A stretch of DNA of 64,000 nt from positions 31,124,001-31,188,000 of the forward strand of contig OX597826.1 of NCBI GenBank assembly GCA_951406725.2, read 5' to 3'. Every line of letters begins with the position of its first letter. The stretch's first letter is position 1. The notes under the pieces were generated by a model, which was not told the origin of the DNA, ran no database searches, and was given only the letters and a program-made list of their open reading frames with translations. The position numbers and the translations under genes were made by a program. Origin of the DNA: Octopus vulgaris (taxonomy: Eukaryota). Positions 25,096 through 37,751 of the stretch are shown here, in pieces.

Positions 25096-26214
25096 AACAC
25101 GGAAATAAGCAGGGAGAGAAAACAGAGAAAGGTTTTGTGGCTAGCGATCTATTATGGTTTAATTCAAGTGCGGATTGAGAGAAACGACAATAGGAAAAAG
25201 CAGAAAGTACAAAAAAGTTTAGAAAAGTTCAAATGGTTCAAACGTCGTGGTGTTTTGGAACGATTTCTCATCAAAGGAAGAGTCCAGTGTAATCCATGGG
25301 TAGGAGAGGTACAGCCGAAGTGTAGGAGTTCAAGTGTAGGAGAGGTAGAGAACCCAGGTAGAATAGTCCAAGAAAAGTTCGAAGTGGAGGAAGAGACAGG
25401 ATAAAACTGGTGCGACCAGGTAAGCGTGTAATACATAGTGATGCCGGTTTCTCGGAGTCTGTGGCATATATATACCATACAGGACGGGACGCCGGTCAGT
25501 CGCAGGATTACTCATGAAGTGTTTTGGTCAAGAACACAAACCATCGCTCAGTTCAGGAATCGAAACCACAATCTTATGATCATGTGTGCAACACCTTAAC
25601 CACAAAGCCACGGGCCTGCACACACACACACACACACACACACAGAAGGCACGCGTGCACAAACGTTGTTGCTGATATTGCAACAAGAAACCTCCTCCTA
25701 GCTACACGATCTGCATGAAATAGCCACGAAATCTTCCGAAAATATATTCTCCCTTTAAAAATAGAGAACAAAATGGACACGTTGGGCAGTGCAGTCCACG
25801 TTATACAAAACAATGCGATGGTCACATTTGAAATAGCTTTCAGCATAAGGTTTTCCTTTACCAAGATAAACTTGTGCCACAAGAACAATAGCGACAACAT
25901 TAAAATAACTAATATAATTAAGATAGTTGGGTTTTTTATTTCTTGTTAATTATCTTATGAATATCTAGCGCTTATTAAGAAAATTCTAAACATACTAAGT
26001 AACTGTCTGTCTATGAAGCGTTCCCTCTACGCCTCATTTATGGCCATACAGCGTGTCTTTTCAAAGTAAATTGACTATGTCCAGCTAACTCGAAATATGG
26101 GTGTTATTGTCGATCTAAATGAAGCGTTAAAACTCGCCATTGAAACTTTTACAAAGGGTAAAACGATATATAAGGTTTTGATAATGTGTCTACAAGTATT
26201 TATTTATTCATATA

Positions 26215-26262
<48 letters not shown>

Positions 26263-26398
26263 GGCTGTCATGTTTTTTAACCTTTTTATATTGTTTCATT
26301 GGGATTAGAAGGAAGGTGTGAATGATAATGTATGATAATGTATTCATTGAAGTTTGTCTCCTGTTTTCTTCCCTTTGTCGTTGTTACTCTCTCTCCCT

Positions 26399-26430
<32 letters not shown>

Positions 26431-26780
26431 CGTTTGTGGTTTTGTATTTTTATACTTTTTATTTTGCATTGTTTTGTTAACTTTTTTTGATTTTCTTTTA
26501 GTACATTATTTATTGTCATTACTGGTTGTTGTTGTTTTTTCTTCTTGGTCACTAAACTCTGAGCTAATTAGTCAAGCTTTTATATACCACTTAAGATTTA
26601 GATCATTATTTGCCTATAGGTGTGTATGTGTGCGCATGCTCACACACAAACATATGTGTATGTCTATGTGTGTATATATATATGTGTGTGTGTACGTATG
26701 CATATATATATATGCATGCGTATGAATATAAATGTATATACATACATAAGTAAGCCGACATGTTTGTATGAATATGTGCG

Positions 26781-26819
<39 letters not shown>

Positions 26820-26824
26820 GTATG

Positions 26825-26871
<47 letters not shown>

Positions 26872-27691
26872 TCTCGAACACACACTATATATAAATATAT
26901 ATATACTCACAAACACAAACTATATATATACATACACACGCATACAAACACTATTTGTATACATACATATATAAATATACACTCACACGCATAAATACAT
27001 CCTATATATATATATATATATATATATACTTTGATACTTTTCGGCCATTATTGGCCCAGGCCAAGTCTAACTTAATAGCACCACCATATATATATATAAG
27101 TATGTATGTATGTATGTATGTATGTATGTATGTATGTATGTATGTATGTATGTATGTATGTATGTATGTATGTATGTATGTATATATTCACACACATACA
27201 CATACCTATGTATATATATATAAATGTATATATATATACATACCACCTCAGCCATTTTTCTCTCCGTCGCTTTCTTTCTATTTTTGTATACGTGTATGCG
27301 TCTGTTACTCTGCAGATGTAAGCCATGCCTTTATGTCTGTGTGTATGCGTGTGTATTCAGCCGAACACATTTCTCTTCACACGTATCATACAAACTCCTT
27401 CAACTGTGAGAGGATTAGCTACAATAAGTCTATGTTATAGTTTTACACTCAACTACGCTCTTCCATTTCTCTCCACATTTTTGGGGGCTATAACTTACAA
27501 ATCTGAATACGCCTATACCTCTACACCCCCAACCACACAGCCACATACGGGTATCCCTATGTCTAATTCTCTTTTCATGTCTCCTTTAAATATCGCAAAC
27601 CGAGTGAAACATTCTGAAAAATGATGTTTTTTTTATTCAGAAACAACTTGTAGAACTAAAGGCACCGCCCTTTATCTCTTTAACACCGGCC

Positions 27692-27719
<28 letters not shown>

Positions 27720-27729
<10 letters not shown>

Positions 27730-27910
27730 TATATATATACATCCACACACACAAAATAGTCAGACAAACATATATCATAAGATATATATATATATATTTA
27801 TATATATATACACACATACACACACACACACATATATATATATATGCATATATATACATGCATACATACATATATATATATATACATGCATACATACATA
27901 TATATATACA

Positions 27911-27958
<48 letters not shown>

Positions 27959-28270
27959 ATGCATATATATATATATATACACACATATATACACACATAT
28001 ATACATATATATACATACATATATAATGTATGGATATATATAAATAAAACATCTTATATACATACATATATAATATATATGGATATTTATATGAAAAGCA
28101 TTTAATACATACATGCATACATATATAATGTATATGGTTATATATAAACATGCAAAACATTATATATATATAACATACATATATTTTCATATGTAAATTA
28201 TATCTATAAAATGTATGTATGCATAATACATATAATATCACACACACATATATATATATCATACATGTAT
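27720..28270. repeat. Compound (TA)/(CA)/(TACA) microsatellite field, one of many in the window
   Basis: Alternating purine-pyrimidine repeats directly visible; similar fields at 8090-8830, 26620-27240, 41900-42160, 48590-49410, 50200-50930 and 54960-55270. Confidence 0.9.
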
Positions 28271-28310
28271 AATAAATATGGTTACTTGTCTTTAAAAAAA
28301 TCTCTTAGAA

Positions 28311-28507
28311 ACTAGGAATTAGAAAATATAACTAGCATACAGACCACCAGGAATATATAACTTTAGCATACATACAGACCACTAGGAATTTGAAAATATA
28401 ACTTTGAAAATATAACTTTAGCATGCATACAGACCGCCAGATGGCAGCATTTAAGTCTGGCGTCGGACAGAATATTTGCCATAATCAAAATGATAATACT
28501 GGGTTAA
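28311..28507. mobile_element. piggyBac-type element end with subterminal tandem repeats and CTCF-like motif
   Basis: Three imperfect copies of ACTAGGAAT..ATAACT..AGCAT..CAGACC, then CCGCCAGATGGCAGCA (28434-28449), ending ...ATACTGGG|TTAA (28501-28507). Confidence 0.5.
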
Positions 28508-28590
28508 TTATTAACTACAACAATACCAAATGTCTCTAATGTTGCATTAACAGCAAGGGAATATCCATGGAATTACACCGATCGAGTTGT

Positions 28591-28790
28591 TTAACACTCT
28601 ACCGTTTAAGTTACTCTGTCAAATGTAATGCTTATTTATTCACACTGTTCTGAATTCGAGATTTTTATGATATGATTGTTTATTATTGGATTGGCGTTGT
28701 GGGGTAGATGTGAGAGGTCAGATCTGGCCGGTTCGAATATAAAACAGAATATTTGGGCCAGATATGGCTTGATTAATTGCTGGAGGGTTT
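28591..28790. mobile_element. Degenerate TTAA-type (piggyBac-like) MITE
   Basis: Starts TTAACACT and ends GAGGGTT, consistent with decayed TTAACCCT/AGGGTTAA ends. Confidence 0.45.
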
Positions 28791-29199
28791 GTTAAAGATA
28801 TTATGAAGACGACAGTATGTGTATATCATTACCTTTGTACTCGACACAACTGGATCTATGATGCACCAACATCTTAGTAAGGACGTTGTCAAATTATCTC
28901 TAAAGATGGACATGAGCACGTTCTAGACAATGGCAATACTAGAATCTATAAATGTTGTTACGGTATTCTCACACATTATTTGTAAACACTGAATATTTCT
29001 GGTGATCTTAAATATATTTAACCCTGGACATCTTCACTAATTTTGAGCATCTTTGTTCGTTGTGTATGCTTTTTATGCAATTTTTTTGAACTGGGTATTT
29101 TGTGCTAATAGTAAGCATTTTCGTTAACCATATATATCCTTTATTAATCTTGAAAACTTTCATGCACGTTCTCCAAAAGATACCTAATTTAATACAATG

Positions 29200-29254
<55 letters not shown>

Positions 29255-29255
<1 letters not shown>

Positions 29256-29630
29256 CCTTTCTACTAAAGGCACAAGACCTGAAATTTTGAGGGAGGAAAC
29301 TAATCGATGACATCGACCCCAATGTTTCACTAGTACTTATCTTATCGTCTCCAAAAGAATGAAAAGCGAAGTCGACCTCGACGGAATTTGAACTCGAAAC
29401 GTTAAGATGGACGAAATGCCGCTAAGCATTTTGCCTGGCGTGCTAACGAGTCTGCCAGCTTCAATAATAATAATAACGGTTTCAACTTCTGGCGGCCAGA
29501 TAAGTTGATTACATCGACCCCAGTGTTCAAATGATACTTATTTCATCGACCCCAAAAGGATGAAAGGTAAAGTCGATCTCAGCGGAAATTGAACTCAGAA
29601 TGCAACGACGGACGAAATGTTGCTTTTCTT
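29255..29630 (-). mobile_element. SINE family B, two tandem units next to a (TAA)n tract
   Basis: GTCGACCTCG.CGGAATTTGAACTC-like core twice; (AAT)n at 29199-29253. Confidence 0.85.
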
Positions 29631-29720
29631 GGATACATGTTTTTTTAAATACTAAAGTGAATTTTCTTCATTTAAAATGGCTTGTGATGGGATAAATCAG
29701 GATGACAGCGTATGGAGTAG

Positions 29721-30251
29721 GATGGAAAAAAGAAAGAGCTCACTAGTCCAGAAGCGATTATCTTTTATAACAAATATATGGCTGGAGTAGATCGCTCTGA
29801 TCAAACGGTAACACCGTATGAACTGGATCGAAAACATAGAAAATGGTGGACTAAAGTGTTCTTCAGGCTTCTGATGACAGCTGTTTATAATAGCTATGTT
29901 ATTCACTCTGAAATTTACCATACGAAACCACCATTCATAAATTTCTTATTAAATGTATCTGAGGCAGGAAGGTCGAATTTTCCTCAAAATAGAATGAGAT
30001 CTTTCGTACGGCCTTCTAAGATTTCAAAGTTGATTTCCAGTGTAGGTGATCATATGCCAGGAAAACAAAAGAGTCGCAGATGTACTAGATGTACTTCAAG
30101 GAACAAAGAACGGAAGACCAAATACATTTGCCGGAAATGCAACATTCCTTTATGCATTGATGAATGTTTTACAATAAATCACACATACCATGTATTTATA
30201 AATCTTGGTTTTTCTCGTAAATATTATTTGAGAAACGGAATACATTCATAA
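29721..30251 (+). pseudogene. piggyBac transposase C-terminal fragment (end of DDD domain plus Cys-rich domain)
   Basis: DGKKKELTSPEAIIFYNKYMAGVDRSDQ...RKWWTKVFF...AVYNSY, followed by RRCTRC...TKYICRKCNIPLCIDECFTINH; an in-frame TAG lies immediately upstream. Confidence 0.92.
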
Positions 30252-30668
30252 GTATAAGAGAAAAATATATATAATTACATAATCATTATCTGAGGAAAGA
30301 AGTTTATTATTTCATGAGTATTATTTGGAAGGAGTTATTATATGTATTATTTTATAAGTGTTATTCGAAAAAATAATTGTAATTTATAATAAATATTATA
30401 TGAGAAAGCGATAATAGCTTCATTTTGTGTTAGAAATAAACTGTAAGATTTATTTCATTTTTATTTCTGTAATTTTCCGAACTTGCTCAACGTGTATGTG
30501 AAATACTGTTGGGATGGGACAGTCCTAAGTATTTGTTCATTAGGGTTAGGGTTAAAATCATATGTAGCGACAAAAAAAATAAGCTTAGATTTTAATTATG
30601 ATAGATAATGAAGGTGTAAAGAAGTAAAATAAAAACGGATTGTGAAAATGTCAGAACGAAAGGGTTAA
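30252..30668 (+). mobile_element. piggyBac right arm and terminus
   Basis: AT-rich 3' region ending ...CAGAACGAAAGGG|TTAA (TTAA at 30665-30668), the canonical piggyBac end. Confidence 0.7.
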
Positions 30669-31019
30669 TAATAATGATAATTAATTCTTTTTATTGGCCA
30701 CAAGGGCTGACACACATGATTAGAAAACATAAAGGGACAAAACAGGACGAAAGGTTACAAAGGGTTTTGTCCGTTTGTGAAAAAATCGTGTAAAAACAGT
30801 GTAACAATCAAATAATATAACAACGAAAAACTCCCAATAGGGGGAGGCGCTTCGAAAGGTTCCTGGTGGAAAAAACCCCATAAAAGCCAACGGGAACCTG
30901 GTCAAAAGGTGGGTAGAGAGCCCCTTTCTCCTTTTATAATCATAATGATAATAATAGTAATAATATATTATATATTATATATATAATAATAAGAAGAAGA
31001 AGAATTCTTCCTGAAAGTC

Positions 31020-31590
31020 CAGCAACTGCTTTACTGGTTCTTTTATTTCAACGACCTCGGAGGAATGAAACAAAATTGACTTCGGCGGAATTTGAACTCA
31101 TGACGTAAAGAGCCGAAAGAAATACTATTAATCATTTTTATCCGGCACGTTAACGTTTCTGCCAAGCTCGACGTCTTGGTAATATTTCTTTTTATTATAG
31201 GCCCAAAGCCAGAAATTTTGTGGGAGAAGAGGAAAGTCGATTACATCGACCCCAGTGCAGGACTAGTACTTATTTTATCGACTCCGAAACGACGAAAGTC
31301 GACCTCGGCAATATTTAAACTCAAACTGAAAAAGCCGGAAGAAATGCTGCTAAGCATTTTGTCTGACGCGCTAACGATTTTTTCCAATCGGCCATTTTTA
31401 ATAATGTGTTTCTGTTTTGGGAACAAGAGGTGGGGGTAGTCAAGTACATCGACCGGTACTTTATTTTATCGATACCATAAGGATGAAAGTCGAAGTCCAC
31501 CTGGACGGGATTTGAACTCAGAAAATACAGAGCAGTAACTGAATGCCACAATACATTATTTGCTGATGCTCTATCGATTCTGCCAATCCA
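31020..31590 (-). mobile_element. Cluster of three degenerate SINE family B units
   Basis: ATTT(G/A)AACTC B-box complement three times (about 31090, 31315, 31512). Confidence 0.7.
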
Positions 31591-31599
31591 ACAACGGAT

Positions 31600-31800
31600 T
31601 TCATCTAATGCAACCTCCCACCCACAGGCAATCCATCACCACCTGAGTTGCTATAGTAACAGAGTAGCTGAAAAGTTGATTGATTTGAGAGATAAGTGTT
31701 GTCAGCTAATTGAGCCATCATCTCTTGTTTCACCTCTGCCTACGCCTAACGCCACTTCCTCCGCCGCCAACAACCGGCCTTTGGTGGGGGCGGGAAGAGA
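31600..31800. promoter_or_regulatory. Candidate enhancer with RFX X-box
   Basis: GTTGCTATAGTAAC (31647-31660), TGATTGAT (31677-31684), GATAAG, TAATTG and a GC box in unique sequence. Confidence 0.35.
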
Positions 31801-31976
31801 TGAAACAGTATGATGGTTTCATCTTGTCAGCGGTTGGACTGTAGCCTTGAAACAATACACTGATTCGAGTCGTTCCTTGTCATCATTGTCCGACAGAGTC
31901 TGTTCGACTTCGTTAGGTGCCTCTTGCTCAGTTATATTACGTCTGCTTTTTTGGTGATGGGAATGTAGATCTGTGT

Positions 31977-32013
<37 letters not shown>

Positions 32014-32193
32014 GCCAGAGCACATATGAATTTTTGTGTGGAGAGATTCCTACTGTGAATGCGTATGCTGAACTCATCTTGATATTTTTTTGTCACGCTT
32101 GCGTTCTTGTAATCCTTCAATATGTCTATACGTACATGTGTGTGTGTGTGTGTGTGTGTGTACGCGCGTGCGTGTTATTATTATTATTATCTA

Positions 32194-32603
32194 AGACGAC
32201 GACCTGGCAGATGCGTCAGCACGCTGGACGAAATGCTTAGCGGTATTTCGTCTGCCGCTACGTCTGAGTTCAAATTCCGCCGAGGTCAACTTTGCCTTTC
32301 ATCCTTTCGGGGTCGATTAAATAAGTACCAGTTACGCACTGGGGTCGATGTAATCGACTTAATCCGTTTGTCTGTCCTTGTTTGTCCTCTCTGTGTTCAG
32401 CCCCTTGTGGGTAGTAAAGAAACGGGTATTTCACTCGTCGTTTTTCTGAGTTCAAATTCCACCGAGGTCGACTTTGCCTTTCATCCCATCATGATCGATA
32501 AATTAAGTACCAGTAGCGTACTAGGGTCGATCTAATCGACTGCCCCCTCCTCCAAAATTTCAGGCCTTGTGCCTATAATAGAAAGGATTATATTATTATT
32601 ATT
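32194..32603 (+). mobile_element. SINE family B, dimeric, ending in (ATT)n
   Basis: Two cores; tail CAGGCCTTGTGCCTATAATAGAAAGG followed by ATT repeats. Confidence 0.9.
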
Positions 32604-32817
32604 CTGTTGTCTTATTTTTATCACGTACTTTCACTGCACTACCGAGCGCTGCTCTGTGTACCTCGAGTATGTGCTGTGGTTTGTTGTGGTGCTCTTATTT
32701 TCACTCAATTGAAAGTGTTTTACGTAGGATGTTACCTAGTAGTGTTATTTTCTATATGCTATATATACTTGTAAGTCTTAGTGTTTTGGTTATGTATTTG
32801 TCTGAATGTTTTTCTTC
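32604..32817 (-). pseudogene. 3' end of an RLE non-LTR retrotransposon (R4/Dong-like), copy 1
   Basis: Minus translation KHSDKYITKTLRLTSIYSI*KITLLGNILRKTLSIE*; bounded by ATT repeats on both sides. Confidence 0.7.
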
Positions 32818-32840
32818 TTATTATTATTATTATTATTATT

Positions 32841-33300
32841 TACTTTTCATCTGCATGTTTGTTACAATCGCTCGCCGAGGCACAGCCAATGTCCTAGGGT
32901 GAGTAAAGGATAAGAGATGTTACAGTATGACTGAAAGCTTGGGGAGGGAAAGTGCCAGGAGCAATAGCAAAAAATCTTCATGTAAAACAACACATACATT
33001 GAAATTGATAGGGTTTTTCTAAGGATATGGGCAGTACTTGTCAGCACAGTCTTTTGGATCTCTCTGAAACGTGGCTCTCCTGGTATATTATCTAAGTGTT
33101 TCTGACATCCATTTCTAATCATAGGAAGGGCACCCAAAATAACAGGAACAGTTCTCGCTTTAAGCTGCCTTATCTTTGGTATTTCAATTTCCAGGTCCTT
33201 TTTATTTACTTAATTTGTCAAATTTCTTTACAGGTATATTTTTTATCAGGGGAAACACTTACATCTATTAGTCTATGAGTATTTTCTCCGTTTTGTCAGT
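32841..33300 (-). pseudogene. 3' end of an RLE non-LTR retrotransposon (R4/Dong-like), copy 2
   Basis: Frameshifted LIDVSVSPDK...DLEIEI...RTVPVILGALPMI...IQKTVLTSTAHILRKTLSI is a restriction-like endonuclease C-terminus; flanked by (ATT)n at 32818-32840 and 33301-33363. Confidence 0.85.
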
Positions 33301-33320
33301 GTTATTATTATTATTGTTAC

Positions 33321-33365
<45 letters not shown>

Positions 33366-33547
33366 AAACAGTTTGATTCGAGCCCGTGCAACTTTATATA
33401 GTCACTCACATTTGCACTTTTATCATCTTGAATCAGTCGTTGGACAGCGGCCGTGCTGGAGCACTACCTTCAGTTTTTAGTCGAATTTTTTTTTTTTTTT
33501 CGTTTTAAGTTTCGTACTTATTCTATCTGTCACTTTTGCCGAACGTA

Positions 33548-33722
33548 AAAAGCACCCACTACACTCTCGGAGTGGTTGGCGTTGGAAGGTCATCCAGCTG
33601 TAGAAACACTGCCAGATTAGATTGGAGCCTGGTGCAGTCTCCTGGGTTGCCAGTCTCCAGTTAAACCGTCCAACCCATGCCAGCATGGAAAACAGACGTT
33701 AAACGATGATGATGATGATGAT
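33548..33722 (+). mobile_element. RTE-type 3' tail nested in a minus-strand family A SINE (about 33430-33870)
   Basis: GGTTGGCGTTGGAAGGTCATCCAGCTGTAGAAAC...CCAACCCATGCCAGCATGG ending in (GAT)n; family A sequence resumes on both sides. Confidence 0.65.
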
Positions 33723-33884
33723 CCTCAGATTTTCTATCTACCAAATTCTCTCACAAGGAATTTGTCAGTCCGGTGCAGTATTAGTTGACACCCGCCCAAA
33801 GTAACGCGCAGTGGGACTGAAACACCAAAACCAAATGTTTGCAAAACTATCTTTTTAAACTCATAGCCATGCCTACATATACAT

Positions 33885-33935
<51 letters not shown>

Positions 33936-34073
33936 TCTTACGAAGCTTAGCAGATATTCGCTTAACTGAAACATCAGTAGCCATATTGTAAAAATATGAA
34001 TGAACCCATTTATAAATTATTCTGCAGTCATCATCGAGTTCTTTCATAATGAAGATTACCAGATCGGAATCTA

Positions 34074-34115
<42 letters not shown>

Positions 34116-35860
34116 TGGATGGGGGAGGGTGTGCAGTAGAAAATTACTCTAAAAACACGACTAATTATTATGGAGGAGGTTGCGTTTTGTATTTTGTTCG
34201 TATATAATTTTTTTTTTGTTTTGTATTGTTATACAGAAGTGTGTCGAACAAATCGATAAGGAAGAGCTTCTAGTATACCTGTTGTACTGTAGTTTCTAGT
34301 TCCATCGATTTCTGTGGATGAAAAGAGAAAGTGAAACAGGTTTATTTTATGAATTCTAGTTGACATTGCTAATGTAACTGACAACTGACCGTCGCTCTAA
34401 ATTTAGTTGTGGGCGTTGGTGCGACTGCTGCTTCCGTTGTTGTTTTTGTTGCAGTTATTGTTGTTGTAGTTAATCTTCTTCGCATAGATTGTCGATCGAG
34501 TCATTGGTCACATTGCCAACTGCTAGACGAAATGAAGATAAGGATTAATGTGAATATTCGTTGAGAAATATAAATGTATATGTATGTATGTGTGTGTGCG
34601 TGTTTATGTATGTATGTGTTTGTATATATGCATGCATATGTGTGAAATTCCAGAGGATTTGTTTAAGCTGGTCAATTTCCAACCAGCTGATTAAAGGCAC
34701 TCCAGCTGCGACCTTCCCATTTTTCTCCTGTTAGACTCATTATATTCAAATCTACATTTGTCATATTTCTCTGGGCATTACATATGAGATATTTGATTTC
34801 TATTTCGAGCAGATCCAAAGACCACGTAGAGGTTGCCTCGTTGACGCAGCCCAAATATAGTTTTAAGGACTGGGACATAAATACAGTTTCATATCCTAAA
34901 AGCGAAGAGATAAAACATCTGGATAGTACGCTAGTCCATCGCAGATACTCTTTAGTCTTCACACAATACACACACACGCGCGCGCGCGCGCACGCACCAG
35001 GTATTTTGGTTAGAGGTTGGACTTAAAGGGGCGTTGTCATGTAACATAATGTATTTCATTTCGATTCGTACATCGCTCCTATCTCGAACAGGGATTTTCT
35101 AACGAACTAGTTCGATAGTTACAAAACAGTGGTTGTATGACACTGTATCTTCTATATATTTATTGCAAGCGATGTCAAACTAATGCTATGCCTGACAAAC
35201 GAGTGCCCACCACTGATGTGATCCAAGAAGATCGAAATCACGTGATCTGGTGGTCTCTGAGCTAGGGTGGCAGGAGTTCTCTCTCGCTTGCAATGAATAT
35301 AGAGCGCAAAAGCACACTGAATAACTAGCTGGAGGAGATGTCTTCCTCGAGTTAAAATAACTTTATCGTAAGTTTTTAGAGAATACCCATGTTAACGTGG
35401 CAATAAAAACTGCTATTTAATTCTGCATACTATCAATCCTACCAATCGCCTTTATAGTAGAATGGGTGAAATAAACATCATTGTTCTCGAATTTTTTCTA
35501 GGGTTTTTTTTTTTTTTTTTTGGTTTTTTGTACTTTTTCTGGGATTTCTTTATCTTTTTTCGCTTTGGCTAATTAGCTTTTCGCTGAGTTGTTTAGTGTT
35601 TACATTGATATCTGGAATATATATATATACACGCACACTCAAGTGTGTGAGTGTGTTTGATGGACTTTCCTGTTATATTCGACAGATGAGGGTTCTGGAA
35701 CTTGTTGAACACCCTTTGTACAGATAACAAGTACTGGGGGCGATTCCTTCGACTAAAAATTCTTCAACGGGTTGACCCAGCATGGGGCATCTATCCTTCT
35801 ATCCATCCACCCATCAATCTCCATCTATCCATCTATATCCATCCGCCTATCCATCCATCC

Positions 35861-35915
<55 letters not shown>

Positions 35916-36252
35916 CATCTATCTATCTATCTATCTATCTCCACCTATCCATCCATCCATTCATCAGATGATTTGTTTATAATTATTCCAATGCTTGTGC
36001 TGTGCATGTCCTCACTCGTTCTATCAAATCGACATTGCATGTACAGGTGCACGATGTGCCATGCATCAGATGTCGAAGTGATCGCAGAGCAACGTGAGAC
36101 GAAGTCAAGGACACAACTCACTACCTGAACCAGGAAACGAAACCATGATCTCGCAATCGTGAGTGCAACACACTAACCACTAGGCTACGCAAAGGAATAT
36201 ACGGAGTTTAGTGCTTTCAAATTCCTGGTCATTGCGCAACAAAGTATTATTG

Positions 36253-36298
<46 letters not shown>

Positions 36299-36469
36299 TG
36301 TGTGTCTATATAATTTATATGAAGTTCATTAATGGAAATGGACATGTCCGAACAGGTTTAAAACTTGGAATTTAATTGGTTTTAATTAATATATTTATTG
36401 ATAGTTTTTACTTTTTCAATTCTTCGTTTATGATAGTTTTCTTTGATCTTTCGATATATTTTTCATCTT

Positions 36470-36895
36470 TTTCATGTTTCAGTCATTATACTACGACCAA
36501 GCTGGGGTACCACTTTGAAGAATTTTTAGTCGAAGGAATCGACCCCAGAGCTTATTATTCTTTTAAAACTGGTACTTATTCTGTCGGTCTCTTTGGCTGA
36601 ACCACTAAGTTATGGGAATGTAAACACACCACCGAACCGCCAAGTTACGGGGACGTAAACACACCAGCATCGGTTGTCAAGCGATGTTAGGGGGACAAAC
36701 ACAGACTCACAAACACATACACACGCATACATATATACATACATATATACGACGGGCTTCTTTCAGTTTCCGTCCACCAAATCTACTCACAAGGCTTTGG
36801 TCGAAGACACTTGCCCAAGGTGCCATGCAGTGGGAATGAACCCGGAACTATGTTGTTCGTAAGCAAGCTACTTACCACACAGCCATTCCTACGCC
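36470..36895 (-). mobile_element. SINE family A
   Basis: Head complement GCAAGCTACTTACCACACAGCCA; short internal duplication at about 36600-36665. Confidence 0.88.
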
Positions 36896-37332
36896 TCACC
36901 AATACACACACACACACACACACACACATATGATTATTAGGTCCCTGTCGGGAAGCTCTTGGTTCATAACCGTCCTTCATAAGCAGCAGTTTGCGTCTCT
37001 TGGTTGGCCTGAGGCTATAGTTGAAGACACTTGCCCAATCAATAGATGTTCGTATATGTATCCGGATGTTTATGTATTTGTATTATCTCTGTGTATATTA
37101 TCTATTAATGAGCTAACACATTATTTATATTTTAATGCTATTAAATCATGTACTAAGAACATCAGTAAACAAGCAGCTACACAAAGTAGCAATTATGGCT
37201 ATAGCGAGAAAAAGAGAGAGAGAGAGAGAGAGAGTCCGTGCTAGGTTTAAACATAATTACTGTTACTCTGGTTTACGTTTCGTGCTTTTTGACTGTCACC
37301 AAATTTTCCTGCCATAAATGAATTCTTCTCGT

Positions 37333-37745
37333 AGGAGTGGCTGTGTGGTAAGTAGCTTGCTTACGAACCACATGGTTCCGGGTTCAGTCCCACTGCGTGG
37401 CACCTTGGAAAAGTGTCTTCAACTATAGCCTCGGGCCAACCAAGCCTTGTGAGTGGACTTGGTAGACGGAAACTGAAAGAAGCCCGTTGTATATATGTAT
37501 GCATATATATGTGTGTGTGTGTATTTGTGTGTCTGTGTTTGTCCCCCCTCCCAACATCGCCTGACAACCGATGCTGGTGTGTTTACGTCTCCATAAATTA
37601 GTGGTTCGACAAAAGAGACCGATAGAATAAGTACTAGGCCTACAAAGAATAAGTACTGGGGTCGATTTGCTCGACTAAAGGCGGTGCTCCAGCATGGCCA
37701 CAGTCAAATGACTGAAACAAGTGGAAGAGTAAAGAGTAAAAGAGT
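37333..37745 (+). mobile_element. SINE family A, full length
   Basis: AGGAGTGGCTGTGTGGTAAGTAGC...GGTTCAGTCCC...GACTGAAACAAG(AGAGTAA)n. Confidence 0.92.
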
Positions 37746-37751
37746 ATAGAT

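Noticed and set aside
25164-25515. Possible GIY-YIG coding remnant next to the hammerhead-like motif
   Set aside because: No recognisable GIY-YIG motifs in the expected strand and frame; left unassigned.
28311-28440. Repeat-spacer-like pattern suggesting a CRISPR array
   Set aside because: Units are imperfect tandem copies without unique spacers, the context is eukaryotic and no cas genes are present.
30540-30554. TTAGGG repeats as interstitial telomere
   Set aside because: Only two and a half units, inside a transposon arm.
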